From the NCBI GenBank assembly GCA_000002445.1, contig CP000070.1, positions 192,001 through 256,000 on the forward strand: a stretch of 64,000 nt of DNA, in the 5' to 3' direction. Origin of the DNA: Trypanosoma brucei (Eukaryota). The position numbers and the translations under genes are program-made. Of this stretch, positions 11,152 through 21,069 are shown piece after piece. Position 1 is the stretch's first letter, and each line of letters begins with the position of its first letter. Below the pieces are notes generated by a model. It was not told the DNA's origin. It did no database searches and saw only the letters and a program-made list of their open reading frames with translations.

Positions 11152-14100
11152 TTACCCAGCAATGCTGGGAACGTCGGAAAACAACTGCTGGGGTAAATCA
11201 ACAGGAAGAAGAACCGGTGACAACACGTCGTCAGGGGATGCTAGACACGAAATAAAGCGCGACACCGAGTACTCACCTTCAGCAACAACAGTTGCTGCGG
11301 CATCCAACTCTGGCATGTAGTGAGTTGTCACTTCTTTGCGGCACAGCATGGCTCCTAATTCGTTAGCTCGCATCTCCAGCTCCAATAGAGTTTCCTCTGC
11401 GCGTGAGCGCAGCTCCTCCTGGCCGCCATGGTACTCCAGCAGCAATAAAACAGGGCGAAGGAATGGACGGTACTTCGGTGGAATAGGAAACAAACCAAGT
11501 TCTTGTACTAGCACGCAGAAGGCATAAGCCAAACGCAGTGTACGGAGATACAGGTGACCCCACAGTAGCTTCCGCTGCTGTATGAACCTGTAATGCGGTA
11601 AATGATGAAGGTTGTAGTAAATGATGGTCGACTCATTGCGTAGCAGTGTGACTAGTAATTTGCTGTAGTCGCTTTCTAGTTTCAGTAACTCCAGCGCTCC
11701 AGACAAGTGAGCGGAGGCTCGTTTGCTGTCGTCGAGAGTAAAACCTGAGGAACAAGACACTGTGGTTTTGCAAACATCCTCCTCAGCCATCCTCGCGAGT
11801 CTTGAGTATTGACATCGGTATTCGGTGGCTAACCGAGCTAACGCCGGTAAGATGGAATTATTGGTTTCCTCCAATGCTGTCGCAGCAACGCAAAACAAAT
11901 GTTTGGCATCAACCACGTAATGATCACGATGGGCTGGAGCTGCGTAGACGTCGACCTGAGTTGTGTACTCATATGCACATGTAAGTGGCAAAACAAAGTC
12001 CGACAGCGAAAATTCGAGATTGGAATCCTCTACCGACCCCGGATATGAGGTTACTGGTGGTAGCGCAAGCGAATGCACAGCCACTCTCTTCGTCCTCGGC
12101 ATTGACAGGAGCGTTGGAGTTGCGTCGACAGTTGCGTCGCCACTGAGCGTTTGAGCCGTGACGTAGGAAACGGATTCTCTTCTTCTCTCATGCTCAATCA
12201 TGGCGTTGCTCATCGCTAGCATCACAAAAACTTTAGCCAATATTTTGCGCTTTAGATGGTCATACTCTTCATTTGCTAACTGTTTCAGTGTCGTTGAACG
12301 CCACGCACTTTGCCTGATAACTATTTGAAGTTCAACAGAGTAATTCGTCAAGTGTTCTGAGGCACAGAGAGCTCTGCCTGAGACGTCCGCACCCGCCAAA
12401 TACTTACACAAATTTAGCGGTGGTACGATGCCCTCCTTGGAAACAGCAGCTCTTTTACCCGAAGTATCGTAACCGTGCCCCTTATGATTTGTGAAAACAG
12501 AGGATGGAATAGTCGCTATGCTTCCTTTCTTCCTGACACTTACAACAGAAGCAGCATCAGTCATAACAACCCTTGGTGGGAGGCCGGTGTCAGCTACACA
12601 AAGCCGCAAAGGAAGTAAGAAGAGAGAAGCTCCCTCCAAGTCGTGCGGCCGCTGATTCCCTTCCATGAATGCTTTGAGCAACGACTGAGGGTCATTACTC
12701 TCCGACAGCGCCTGCAGATGTCTTGGTGCCCTAAATACACCATACGAACACTTCGCGAGCGAGAAAGGTGACATATTTTTAGCGCCTTGTGAACTCTTTG
12801 AACTTATATGTTCCTGCAGTTTTTGCGTGATTAACTTCACTGCTGGTAGATCGTCGTCGAAAATAATACACTCCAACCAGTTGCTATCCATATAGAAAGT
12901 AATTGGAAGTGCGAAAATAGTGTTCCTTCCCGCCCTTTCGTACAGTAACCCGGCGTCTAACCTGTGGCTCCTGGCCCCTTTACGGGAAGCTGACACGGCG
13001 TTCATTAGGGAACCATCTTTTACAGCCACTAGTAGCTTCTGAAGTTCTTGCAGGGGAATGTTCTCCTCATCAGCTCCCGAATTCCTCAACTGGTATCCAA
13101 CATTTGATCTGTGCATAGGTCTTCCCAATAAACCGGGTACATGATACGGTCCTGCAAGAAACCCTTGGGCGCGACGCGGACACACACCAGTGTGGGTCCC
13201 CTCTCCCACTGTTACAAAAGTGTTTCGGGTAGGCGCCCGAGGAGAATTTACTATTTTTGACGGAGTCGAACCATCCTGACTCCCTTGCGAAGCACTGTAA
13301 GCAGATTCCCCCGCACATGCAGTTCCCTTGTCCCAAGAAGTGAGAAGGGACCTCCAGTCACTTTGGATCGCAAAACCATACCGGGCATCATTTGCCCCAT
13401 ACATGCGCTCATCCTCAAGTCTCTGTATTTGTCTCGTGTATTCCCGCTCCTGCATTCTCTCATGCTTCTGCACCTGCTCGAAAAGCTGCACGGTGTGCTC
13501 ATCCCTTCTGACTTCTTTCATAACTTTGTCGTGTAGCTTAGTTGGATCAAGTTCAAGTCGTTCTCTACATGACACATCCGATATAGTACGGCACCATTGT
13601 TCTAACAATAGGCGCTGTAGATATGTAAGTTCACGAAAACGTTTCCGCCCCCTGAGCAAATAAACCTTATCCACCTTTTCACAATTTCCAACGTCGTCAC
13701 TTCGGTTCCGTGGGGAAGAAGGTCGTCTTTTCCGCGTCAGCGTACTTGTGGCTGTTTTCTTGCTATTCTGATGAGAAGCGCCACTACAATGACAAATGGT
13801 AGATAGCCTGTCTCCGTCAAGAGGGCCAAATAAGGGCCTGCTGTTTGGACGACAACAACACTGCGTAAGCTGGTGCAGATTAAGTGTGGGTAGGTACCAC
13901 GGTGGTCCCTTGATATTCTTGTCGTAGCTATACGGGTTCTCCTCCACGCGCGAATTAATGGTATCCAGCATGGCATCAAGTGTACCACCCATATCGAACT
14001 TTCGTGTGCTATTCACCGAATTATGGAGTCCTACTAAACTTCCCGTTTGTTGCATCATTTGAAGCCGAAGCTCCTGCGTGCGGTGAGAAAACTGGGTATT

Positions 14101-14334
14101 CGCCATCTCATTGATAGTCATGGTAAGAAAGGGTAAACCGCTCTCTGTGCTAGCGTTTCCAGTCTTCCTTTCTGTCTTGTTATCAACGTTACGTGTCTCT
14201 TGGCGCCGAGGACGGCCCAACCCCTTTGCTGAAGAAACATAGTGGGAGTTCTGCTTGGGCCATTCCACTGGCATGAAGCTGACGGAATTCGCACCTCTCC
14301 ACACAGACACGAAAACGCTGCTGCCCTCGGTCAC
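11152..14334 (-). CDS. hypothetical protein, 1060 aa
   Basis: Long uninterrupted minus-strand ORF in a co-directional gene array. No recognisable motifs. Confidence 0.5.
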   Translation of the reverse strand: MTEGSSVFVSVWRGANSVSFMPVEWPKQNSHYVSSAKGLGRPRRQETRNVDNKTERKTGNASTESGLPFLTMTINEMANTQFSHRTQELRLQMMQQTGSLVGLHNSVNSTRKFDMGGTLDAMLDTINSRVEENPYSYDKNIKGPPWYLPTLNLHQLTQCCCRPNSRPLFGPLDGDRLSTICHCSGASHQNSKKTATSTLTRKRRPSSPRNRSDDVGNCEKVDKVYLLRGRKRFRELTYLQRLLLEQWCRTISDVSCRERLELDPTKLHDKVMKEVRRDEHTVQLFEQVQKHERMQEREYTRQIQRLEDERMYGANDARYGFAIQSDWRSLLTSWDKGTACAGESAYSASQGSQDGSTPSKIVNSPRAPTRNTFVTVGEGTHTGVCPRRAQGFLAGPYHVPGLLGRPMHRSNVGYQLRNSGADEENIPLQELQKLLVAVKDGSLMNAVSASRKGARSHRLDAGLLYERAGRNTIFALPITFYMDSNWLECIIFDDDLPAVKLITQKLQEHISSKSSQGAKNMSPFSLAKCSYGVFRAPRHLQALSESNDPQSLLKAFMEGNQRPHDLEGASLFLLPLRLCVADTGLPPRVVMTDAASVVSVRKKGSIATIPSSVFTNHKGHGYDTSGKRAAVSKEGIVPPLNLCKYLAGADVSGRALCASEHLTNYSVELQIVIRQSAWRSTTLKQLANEEYDHLKRKILAKVFVMLAMSNAMIEHERRRESVSYVTAQTLSGDATVDATPTLLSMPRTKRVAVHSLALPPVTSYPGSVEDSNLEFSLSDFVLPLTCAYEYTTQVDVYAAPAHRDHYVVDAKHLFCVAATALEETNNSILPALARLATEYRCQYSRLARMAEEDVCKTTVSCSSGFTLDDSKRASAHLSGALELLKLESDYSKLLVTLLRNESTIIYYNLHHLPHYRFIQQRKLLWGHLYLRTLRLAYAFCVLVQELGLFPIPPKYRPFLRPVLLLLEYHGGQEELRSRAEETLLELEMRANELGAMLCRKEVTTHYMPELDAAATVVAEGEYSVSRFISCLASPDDVLSPVLLPVDLPQQLFSDVPSIAG

Positions 14335-14901
14335 GCAAATTCACAACACAGTGTCACACAAAGGTGCTTCAATTTTGTGATTGTATTTGGAACAAAAGAA
14401 AAAAGTTTCTTTTTTATTGCGTCCTGTGCTATGGGAACGTAAGAATTGATTCCAACTTCCCTTAGACGCCGGCGGGTGCTCTGTGTCGGGGGTTACGAAA
14501 AAAGTGGTCCAGACGACAAAAACGGCAAAACGTGGAAACAGGTTAAATGAATATCCCTAGACTGTTCGCTCAATGCATGAAAACGTGTACACAATCCTTC
14601 ACTTATTATTTCCGTCCACCTCTCAAATATGGTGTCTCTTACTTCCTTGATAAAGCAACACAAAAATTGGTGGCAACCGTGGCAAGTACATGGGGATACA
14701 GGAAGAAGGATGGAAAGAAGAAAAACTGCAGTAACCTTGCATCGGGGCACCACACGGTTCCAGCTTCGAAGTAACAACCGAAGACGAAATGAACACGTTC
14801 CCCACCGAGGTTTGCCTAAGCCAACCACGCATGCTTAGTGAAGTAAACCAACACACTCTGTGGTGGAGAAAACGTTCAACAATTGAGCAATGAGAAGCGA
14901 C

Positions 14902-14940
14902 AAAAAAAAAAGTATAGTCGCCCCCCCCCCACACACACAC
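14902..14940. repeat. compound homopolymer/microsatellite A10-(gtatagtcg)-C10-(AC)5
   Basis: caaaaaaaaaagtatagtcgccccccccccacacacacac, lying between two minus-strand genes. Confidence 0.9.
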
Positions 14941-14981
14941 ATGCCCTCCGCTCCACAACCCTCGGTTACACGTGCCACACG

Positions 14982-16112
14982 TCATTCCAAGGCACGGCAG
15001 GCTGTATAGCGCGCAAACTGAATAAGCTCATCCTCACTATGTGTGCTACCCAAAACGAATGGCAAAGGTTCAATGTTCACCGTGTCATTATGCGAGTTGA
15101 CGTCTTGTTGCTGTTCGTGCTGGGATCGGTGCAATTCGGCAGCCGTTCGCACGTGGGACCAGCCCTCCGAAATAATTAAAATCTTTCTGTGGATCCCCAA
15201 AGGCGTATCGCTCCTACACGCCCCATCTGCCTCCGTATCCATTCTACACAGGCATTGCAATAATGCGTTAAATGTATACACACCGGCATCGGGGTACCAC
15301 AAACTATCATCGTGCTGAATACTGGGGTTTTTATCGACACCTCCTACCGATTCCTCAGTTGAGCACCCGCCAACCTCTTCGAGGTCCCGCCATCGAACTC
15401 CAATGGCGGCACTCACAACGCCCAGCACCTCGTTGTGACGCTCACAAAGCATGGTTCTTACGATGTCTCGTATACGCCTCATGTGGTATCCAACGGCCAC
15501 GTTATGACGAGTATGCGAATACAATACGAGCGCAACCAACCGCCGGGGAACAGTTGTGGCACTCTGCTCAGATGGACGATGGTGTATCAGGCACTTATGA
15601 AGGAGGGACAGTGCCTCACGTGCCCCCTGCAGGCAAAACTGAACATCTCTTTGTATTGTATCGAATGGCACTTCAGTTGTACCGTTATATTTTTCTTGAT
15701 CACACTGGCTCGTGAAACGACTACTCAGCCGCCTGTGGAAGCGGACATCATCTCTAACACCAACTATCTCATTTCCACTAGGCGGCAGACCTGAAGCAGT
15801 ATCCCCGCTATTAGAAACCCACTGTGGGGATTTAACGCCTTTTGACTCAAGAGACGCATCCTCTAACTTATGGGCTAAGTGTCGTAACAAGAAGCCCTCA
15901 ATATCCGCCGGTTTTAAGTTAAGGCTTTCGGTAACGGAGGGTCGTCCACTGGCAGGCGTTGTTTGGCTCTCTCCAGGGAAATGCGTTGTGGCCGCGCAGC
16001 GTCGCTGAATGCATTTGGGCACACTGCTTTTCTTGGCACAAAGCATCGTCAACCGTGGAAACGGAAGGAGCATCCGAAACACCAAACTCTCCACAACCGG
16101 GTACACACACAA
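14982..16112 (-). CDS. hypothetical protein (376 aa; the true start may be an internal Met)
   Basis: Complete ORF co-oriented with its neighbours. No recognisable domain. Confidence 0.4.
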   Translation of the reverse strand: MCVYPVVESLVFRMLLPFPRLTMLCAKKSSVPKCIQRRCAATTHFPGESQTTPASGRPSVTESLNLKPADIEGFLLRHLAHKLEDASLESKGVKSPQWVSNSGDTASGLPPSGNEIVGVRDDVRFHRRLSSRFTSQCDQEKYNGTTEVPFDTIQRDVQFCLQGAREALSLLHKCLIHHRPSEQSATTVPRRLVALVLYSHTRHNVAVGYHMRRIRDIVRTMLCERHNEVLGVVSAAIGVRWRDLEEVGGCSTEESVGGVDKNPSIQHDDSLWYPDAGVYTFNALLQCLCRMDTEADGACRSDTPLGIHRKILIISEGWSHVRTAAELHRSQHEQQQDVNSHNDTVNIEPLPFVLGSTHSEDELIQFARYTACRALE

Positions 16113-16399
16113 CTTTCTTTTCGAGGAAAAAAAAATATCCCTCGCTAAGTTTTAGTGATTTGGTTCGGTTGAAATAACACAGGAATCAAAAAATTAAAAG
16201 GGGAAAAAGTCGATGAAAAGCAGAGATGTATTTTTTCCCCCGACAATTACAAACTGGAAAGAAACCCATGAAACTTTAGCCCCCACAGCACTACTACTTC
16301 CGACAACTCCGTGCCACAGCTTCCATTCTCCCCAACAAAGCAGCATTCTTCCTCAAAGAATAAGGACTTACGCACCTGCGTATCTTCCGTTTTCACAAC

Positions 16400-17233
16400 T
16401 TACGACTCTTCATTTCCTGCAACAGCCTCAGCAGGGGCGTTGTCTGCCTCAGGTACCTGCGCGGAGTCATTACCAATGTCACCAACTACCTCACATACAA
16501 CCTCAGCCGCTTCCGTTTCACAAGCAACCTCACCGGTTGGGTCTCCTTCATTCTCATTAGGAGAACCTGCACGGCGCTGTGCGTCACGCGAGGCGATGTA
16601 CCGCTCAAACGCCTCATCCACATCACGTCCCGGGAAACCGCTGCTACGCCCACCCAAACCCCGCCCACGGCCACCCCCGCGCCTCATGTGAGGGCCTCCT
16701 CGCCCATTGCGGAACGGAAAGGAATGTCCCCTACCGAAACCTCTTCCTCCCCGTACAGAGTCGGTGCTTTCTTGCGTACCATCATGATATCGATCGTGCT
16801 TCCACTTGCCGTCGACACTATCATTACCACCGGCATGACTCTGCTCACCACCATCGGCATTATGCAGTAGAACGACTCCATGATCGCGTGAAAGCGAAAC
16901 CTTAAGAATGCTTCCATCAATATTTTGATCATTCATGTGCTGAACGGCCGCACTGGCATCTGCTGGGTTACGGTACGTACATAACACGGTGCCGATGAAG
17001 CGCCCAGACCTGTCAGTAAACATTTTATATGCCTCCACGGGGCCAAACGCCTCAAATTCAGATCGGAGGGCATTGACGCCATCACGTTCGATGCGAGAAA
17101 AGGGAATTTGTGTTATGTACACGCGACAAGTGTTGTCGATGATAAGACTTATTGGAGCAGATTTATGGCCACGCCCACGCCTCGCGGAGAACTCTTCACC
17201 ATCTGTAAGTGGCGTAAATGTAAGTTTGTTCAT
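16400..17233 (-). CDS. RNA-binding protein with one RRM, an RGG/RG-rich box and an acidic C-terminal tail
   Basis: RRM core RVYITQIPFSRIERDGVNALRSEFEAFGPVEAYKMFTDRSGRFIGTVLCTYRNPADASAAVQHMNDQNIDGSILKV. The RGG run is RGGRGFGRGH...RRGGGRGRGLGGR. Plus-strand ORFs overlapping it (16311-16905) are antisense artefacts. Confidence 0.6.
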   Translation of the reverse strand: MNKLTFTPLTDGEEFSARRGRGHKSAPISLIIDNTCRVYITQIPFSRIERDGVNALRSEFEAFGPVEAYKMFTDRSGRFIGTVLCTYRNPADASAAVQHMNDQNIDGSILKVSLSRDHGVVLLHNADGGEQSHAGGNDSVDGKWKHDRYHDGTQESTDSVRGGRGFGRGHSFPFRNGRGGPHMRRGGGRGRGLGGRSSGFPGRDVDEAFERYIASRDAQRRAGSPNENEGDPTGEVACETEAAEVVCEVVGDIGNDSAQVPEADNAPAEAVAGNEES

Positions 17234-17705
17234 TGTTACTGACAGTGGCTAACGCAACAACCAAAAAAAAAAGTGCAACTACTGAGCAGTTATTTACCTA
17301 TCCTTTATCTGAGATGGGTGCCTCGCTCAACTTCCTTTCTGCTTTTTATTGAAAACCAAAAACTTCTCCCCTCCCCTGCTTTATCAGGTAAACGAGTGGG
17401 AGAATTTTTAAAAGAAAAAACAAAACAGATAAAACCGAAACGGTGCCAAAAGCAAATGAAATGGAAAAACGACGCTGAACCGCACTTTCGCGGAGTCCAA
17501 ATGGTTCTGTCAGCCCATTCGGTGTTTGTGAAAGCGATATTTTGATGGAAAAGACAGAAGACGTTAATGCGGGAATAGCAATCACCACGGGAAGGAAACA
17601 GAACGATGAACACGCTACGGCGGGTGCGGAAAAAAGGTAACAATACAACCAGTAAGAAAAAAAATTGAAGCATGTGTGTGGTGCAAACTGCCTTCCTAGC
17701 CACCT

Positions 17706-18242
17706 TCAGTGATGAGGGGTTATGGTGTGGCCGTCCACATACATATTCCTTGTCGCCTTAGGAAGTGAAATCTTCAATCCGTCGTGTTTCTGTTGCCGCA
17801 AAGTTAGTTGACAACCCAATCGCGACGTCGACTGAGGGAAAAAAGCCATGTCAAGCATATCATTCTCTTCATCGGTAGCTTCATCAAACAACTCCATAGC
17901 CTCGTCATTCTCTAGGTACACGTGACACGTGGAGCAGGCGCAAGAGCCACCGCACGCTCCCTCAATCGGGAGTCCATGTTCCATCGCAACATCCAACAGT
18001 GTCTGTCCTTCATATGCTGTCAGTGTCCGCATAGTACCGCAGGGCAATTGCACATGAAGCGTTAGCGGCTTGCTACGTTCCCCACTGTCGTTGCTATGGG
18101 TTCGAACGGCATGCCACAAAACAGGGAATGTGTGAGGTCGTTGACTACTGAAAATACCACCGCTACTCACACAAGTCACCGACCTGAGAAAAGGAGTGAC
18201 AAGAGCTCGCCGTGGAGCAAGCAAGTAGCGTAAAGCAGCCAT
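17706..18242 (-). CDS. adrenodoxin-type [2Fe-2S] ferredoxin, mitochondrial precursor
   Basis: Cluster-binding motifs CGGSCACSTCHV and SRLGCQ with the adrenodoxin-family spacing. The ORF is open up to 18383, but the Met at 18242 starts MAALRYLLAPRRALVTPFLRS, a typical mitochondrial presequence, so I call that the start. Confidence 0.8.
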   Translation of the reverse strand: MAALRYLLAPRRALVTPFLRSVTCVSSGGIFSSQRPHTFPVLWHAVRTHSNDSGERSKPLTLHVQLPCGTMRTLTAYEGQTLLDVAMEHGLPIEGACGGSCACSTCHVYLENDEAMELFDEATDEENDMLDMAFFPQSTSRLGCQLTLRQQKHDGLKISLPKATRNMYVDGHTITPHH

Positions 18243-18772
18243 TGCCCGCGTCACCTTGGTTACTTCTACTGATCCGTACTTAGAGGAAGCGGAGACGTTT
18301 TCCTCGTCCTTCTTCTTAAGTGCCCCGGTGTGTATCGGCACCGGGGTTATGGAGCGAAACGTTATAGAGCGGGGGGAAAGCACAATATAAAGGACAAACG
18401 TAACAAATAAAAAAAAATCGCATTAAAACAAACCAAACGCTTTATAGGGTTCACATCTTAGTTCTGTCTTTACCGTTACTCCGAGCCTGCCGCCACGGCT
18501 GCAAGAAAAGAGGACACCGTGTAATGAGTCTTATCAGGACGCAAGTACACATCACGGCGCCGCAACTCAACCCCGCGGAATCGGCCCACCTCCCTTTCGT
18601 GCCCTTCCCGATACAAGTAGCTTACCTCCTTTTCTCAGCTACACCACAGGCCCCACTTACTTTGATAAACGGCAGTTTCTCCCACAAGGTCCAACATCCC
18701 TCCAACATGCACTCATTCACAACTCTCGTTCTAATTTGTTTTCCTCATATTCTCCCCCTTGTCTTCCCCTGA

Positions 18773-20560
18773 TCAACTGCTTCCACTGCTAGCAGTCTCT
18801 AGCTCCCCTTCGCAATTCATCAGGACACGAATTGTTCGAGTGAACCCGAACTCCAGCACAGCAAAAATACCTACAGCCACCACCGCCGCCAAGAGGACCA
18901 ACAACTCCATGCTTTTTCGCTTAACCACAGATACATGTGCCACGTCCTCATACGGTCCGAAAAGCACAATACCAGGGGGTTTGAGGCGGTAAGTCGAGAG
19001 AGAAACACTCGACGAAAGGGCGCGGCGGCCCAAAGGTGATGACGGCATCACCAATCGATTTTGCATATGCCGTTCAAGGCTTTTAGCGAACTTCAACTGA
19101 TCGGCACCACCATTAGCAACGGGACTGCGGTGCGACACGGCGGCATGACGCAGCATTCCTAGCATATAAGCATCATTACCAACCCACAGCCGATTGTTGG
19201 TCGTGGTGGCACCATGCTCAGGAAGACGTAATAATGCCTTAGCAAAAGCATAAACAAAATCAACACGACGGCCCAGTTGCTTGGCGACATCAGTATAATT
19301 CTTGGTTGTGTTGGGAAATGTTGAGAGCGGGTAACGTGCAGCTCTAAACAGCTGATCTGACCGATATCTTCTCGTAGAAGAAATTGTAACAGCATGAACC
19401 TGCCGATGTGCTAGCACCTCGTGCTCAAAGTGGAGATCGTAGTGGTGATAGTTCGTCTTTGCGACAAGAATAGTGAGGTGAATGCCCTGCTTGATCGCCG
19501 TGGCCTCAGCTAATTCTTTTACTTGTGAGTAATATGGATCGTTGTGGAAGGAATCATGTACGTGCATGTATAGTCTGGAAGAGTCATCTGCGCTCTGCTT
19601 GCCATCAGTTGACTCACCATCCACGTCTTCCCCGAAAGTATTATCGCTACGGTCGCTTGTGAGGAGCTCGTCCAAACAGAGTACGAGTGCGTACCGGTCC
19701 AGATCCTCCTCTTGTTGGTTGGATAGCCACCACCTTGTTCCTGCGTAGTTGAACCTGGCCGTATTTCCCAACAGGAAGGAAACGCTGTAGGGATTTAGTG
19801 GAGCCGCATTAACATTTACACCAGCGTTCTTGTCGGCATTCACCGCAGCCTCCGCATTGAATCTCCACCACAGATCCACTGCAGCAACGGCCGCTGAAGC
19901 CCCGCCAGCTGTGAGAGAAGCAGGTGCAACGCCCAGAGTGTCGAAGGAAGCGGTAATGAGAAGACGTGGTGTGTCCGCAGAAGCTTCTTTCGGTTTTACT
20001 TTCAACGACGCATAAATATTAATACCCGTAAACGAGGCGTTCGCTGCTGGGGTTACCTCCCGAACACTGTTTCCGATCGACACTGCAGCATACTCGCTGA
20101 CTTCTAGAGTGGCGAACATCTTCTTCAGTTTCTCAGCAGCCACCCCGTCTTGAGGAAGGAAATAAACAGGGATGGACACAGTTGCGCGAGAGAGCTGGTG
20201 CTGCAGCAGTAGCTCATTGTGTGTGTCGAAGGGCGAGGTGGCAGCGACAACCCCATTAACAGGGAGGGACACAAGTTGCTTCCAGTCGGCTTGTGTTAAA
20301 TGTACCTCGGTGGGAATAAATACAGTGTGACCTGCATGTGCGGAGACATCAGCCGGATTAAACTGCGAAATTGCGCCGCGGAGCAGCCACTGCTTCGAGC
20401 CAAAAGACGATTGACCCAACCCTCCTGAGGCATCCGTTTGTGACTTTGCATTACTACGTTCGAAGCTGATCGCGTGCGCTACATCAGCTGTTAGCACAGG
20501 TATTGACGCCGCTACTTGAATTCTCACTAGCACTGCCAGTAGTGCCAACGACAAAAACAT
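18773..20560 (-). CDS. type I membrane protein with N-terminal signal peptide and C-terminal TM helix; nicalin/nicastrin-like (M28 peptidase-fold ectodomain), tentative
   Basis: N-terminal hydrophobic signal MFLSLALLAVLVRIQVAAS and a C-terminal TM segment LLVLLAAVVAVGIFAVL. A central segment LITASFDTLGVAPASLTAGGASAAVAAVDLWW resembles the nicalin aminopeptidase-like fold. Product assignment is weak. Confidence 0.4.
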   Translation of the reverse strand: MFLSLALLAVLVRIQVAASIPVLTADVAHAISFERSNAKSQTDASGGLGQSSFGSKQWLLRGAISQFNPADVSAHAGHTVFIPTEVHLTQADWKQLVSLPVNGVVAATSPFDTHNELLLQHQLSRATVSIPVYFLPQDGVAAEKLKKMFATLEVSEYAAVSIGNSVREVTPAANASFTGINIYASLKVKPKEASADTPRLLITASFDTLGVAPASLTAGGASAAVAAVDLWWRFNAEAAVNADKNAGVNVNAAPLNPYSVSFLLGNTARFNYAGTRWWLSNQQEEDLDRYALVLCLDELLTSDRSDNTFGEDVDGESTDGKQSADDSSRLYMHVHDSFHNDPYYSQVKELAEATAIKQGIHLTILVAKTNYHHYDLHFEHEVLAHRQVHAVTISSTRRYRSDQLFRAARYPLSTFPNTTKNYTDVAKQLGRRVDFVYAFAKALLRLPEHGATTTNNRLWVGNDAYMLGMLRHAAVSHRSPVANGGADQLKFAKSLERHMQNRLVMPSSPLGRRALSSSVSLSTYRLKPPGIVLFGPYEDVAHVSVVKRKSMELLVLLAAVVAVGIFAVLEFGFTRTIRVLMNCEGELETASSGSS

Positions 20561-21069
20561 CTGCGTTGGTAATGTTCGTTGAACGGACGTTATGTGTGTT
20601 ACCGTCCACTGAATACCTTTGTTCTGGTGCCTTTCTTCTTTTCAAAAAAAAAGTTACTTTCGTTGTCGCCGTTAAATTCCCCAATCAGTGTTAATGTCTT
20701 TGCGGTACACGGTTTCTTCCTGGTACTCTCCCTTTTGATGTTTCAAAATAACAGCGATTGCGCAAATGAGGGTGAGTTCGAAACAAAAAAGAAGGTAACT
20801 GAAGGAAACGATGTGATGGATTTCAGGCATTTGAACTAAACTTGAGCACTTTACCTGAAAGAGGAGGGAACAAAGGAAGGACGTCTAAAACACGCAGTCT
20901 GTGCCCCCGTTAAACCACGTATTAGATGACTACACCTTTACGAACAAAGTAACCACACAATCATACCTACCACCACCAACTGAAGAGGTACTGTGGTACA
21001 CACGAACTATGCGAAGTGGGATAGCAGACGCTATCACCAAGCAAGCGCTGGTGAAACAAAAAGGCACCG

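Noticed and set aside
16311-16905. Plus-strand ORFs rich in H/P/R overlapping the RRM gene
   Set aside because: They are antisense to a well-supported RRM/RGG protein. Their composition reflects the complement of the RGG-encoding repeats.
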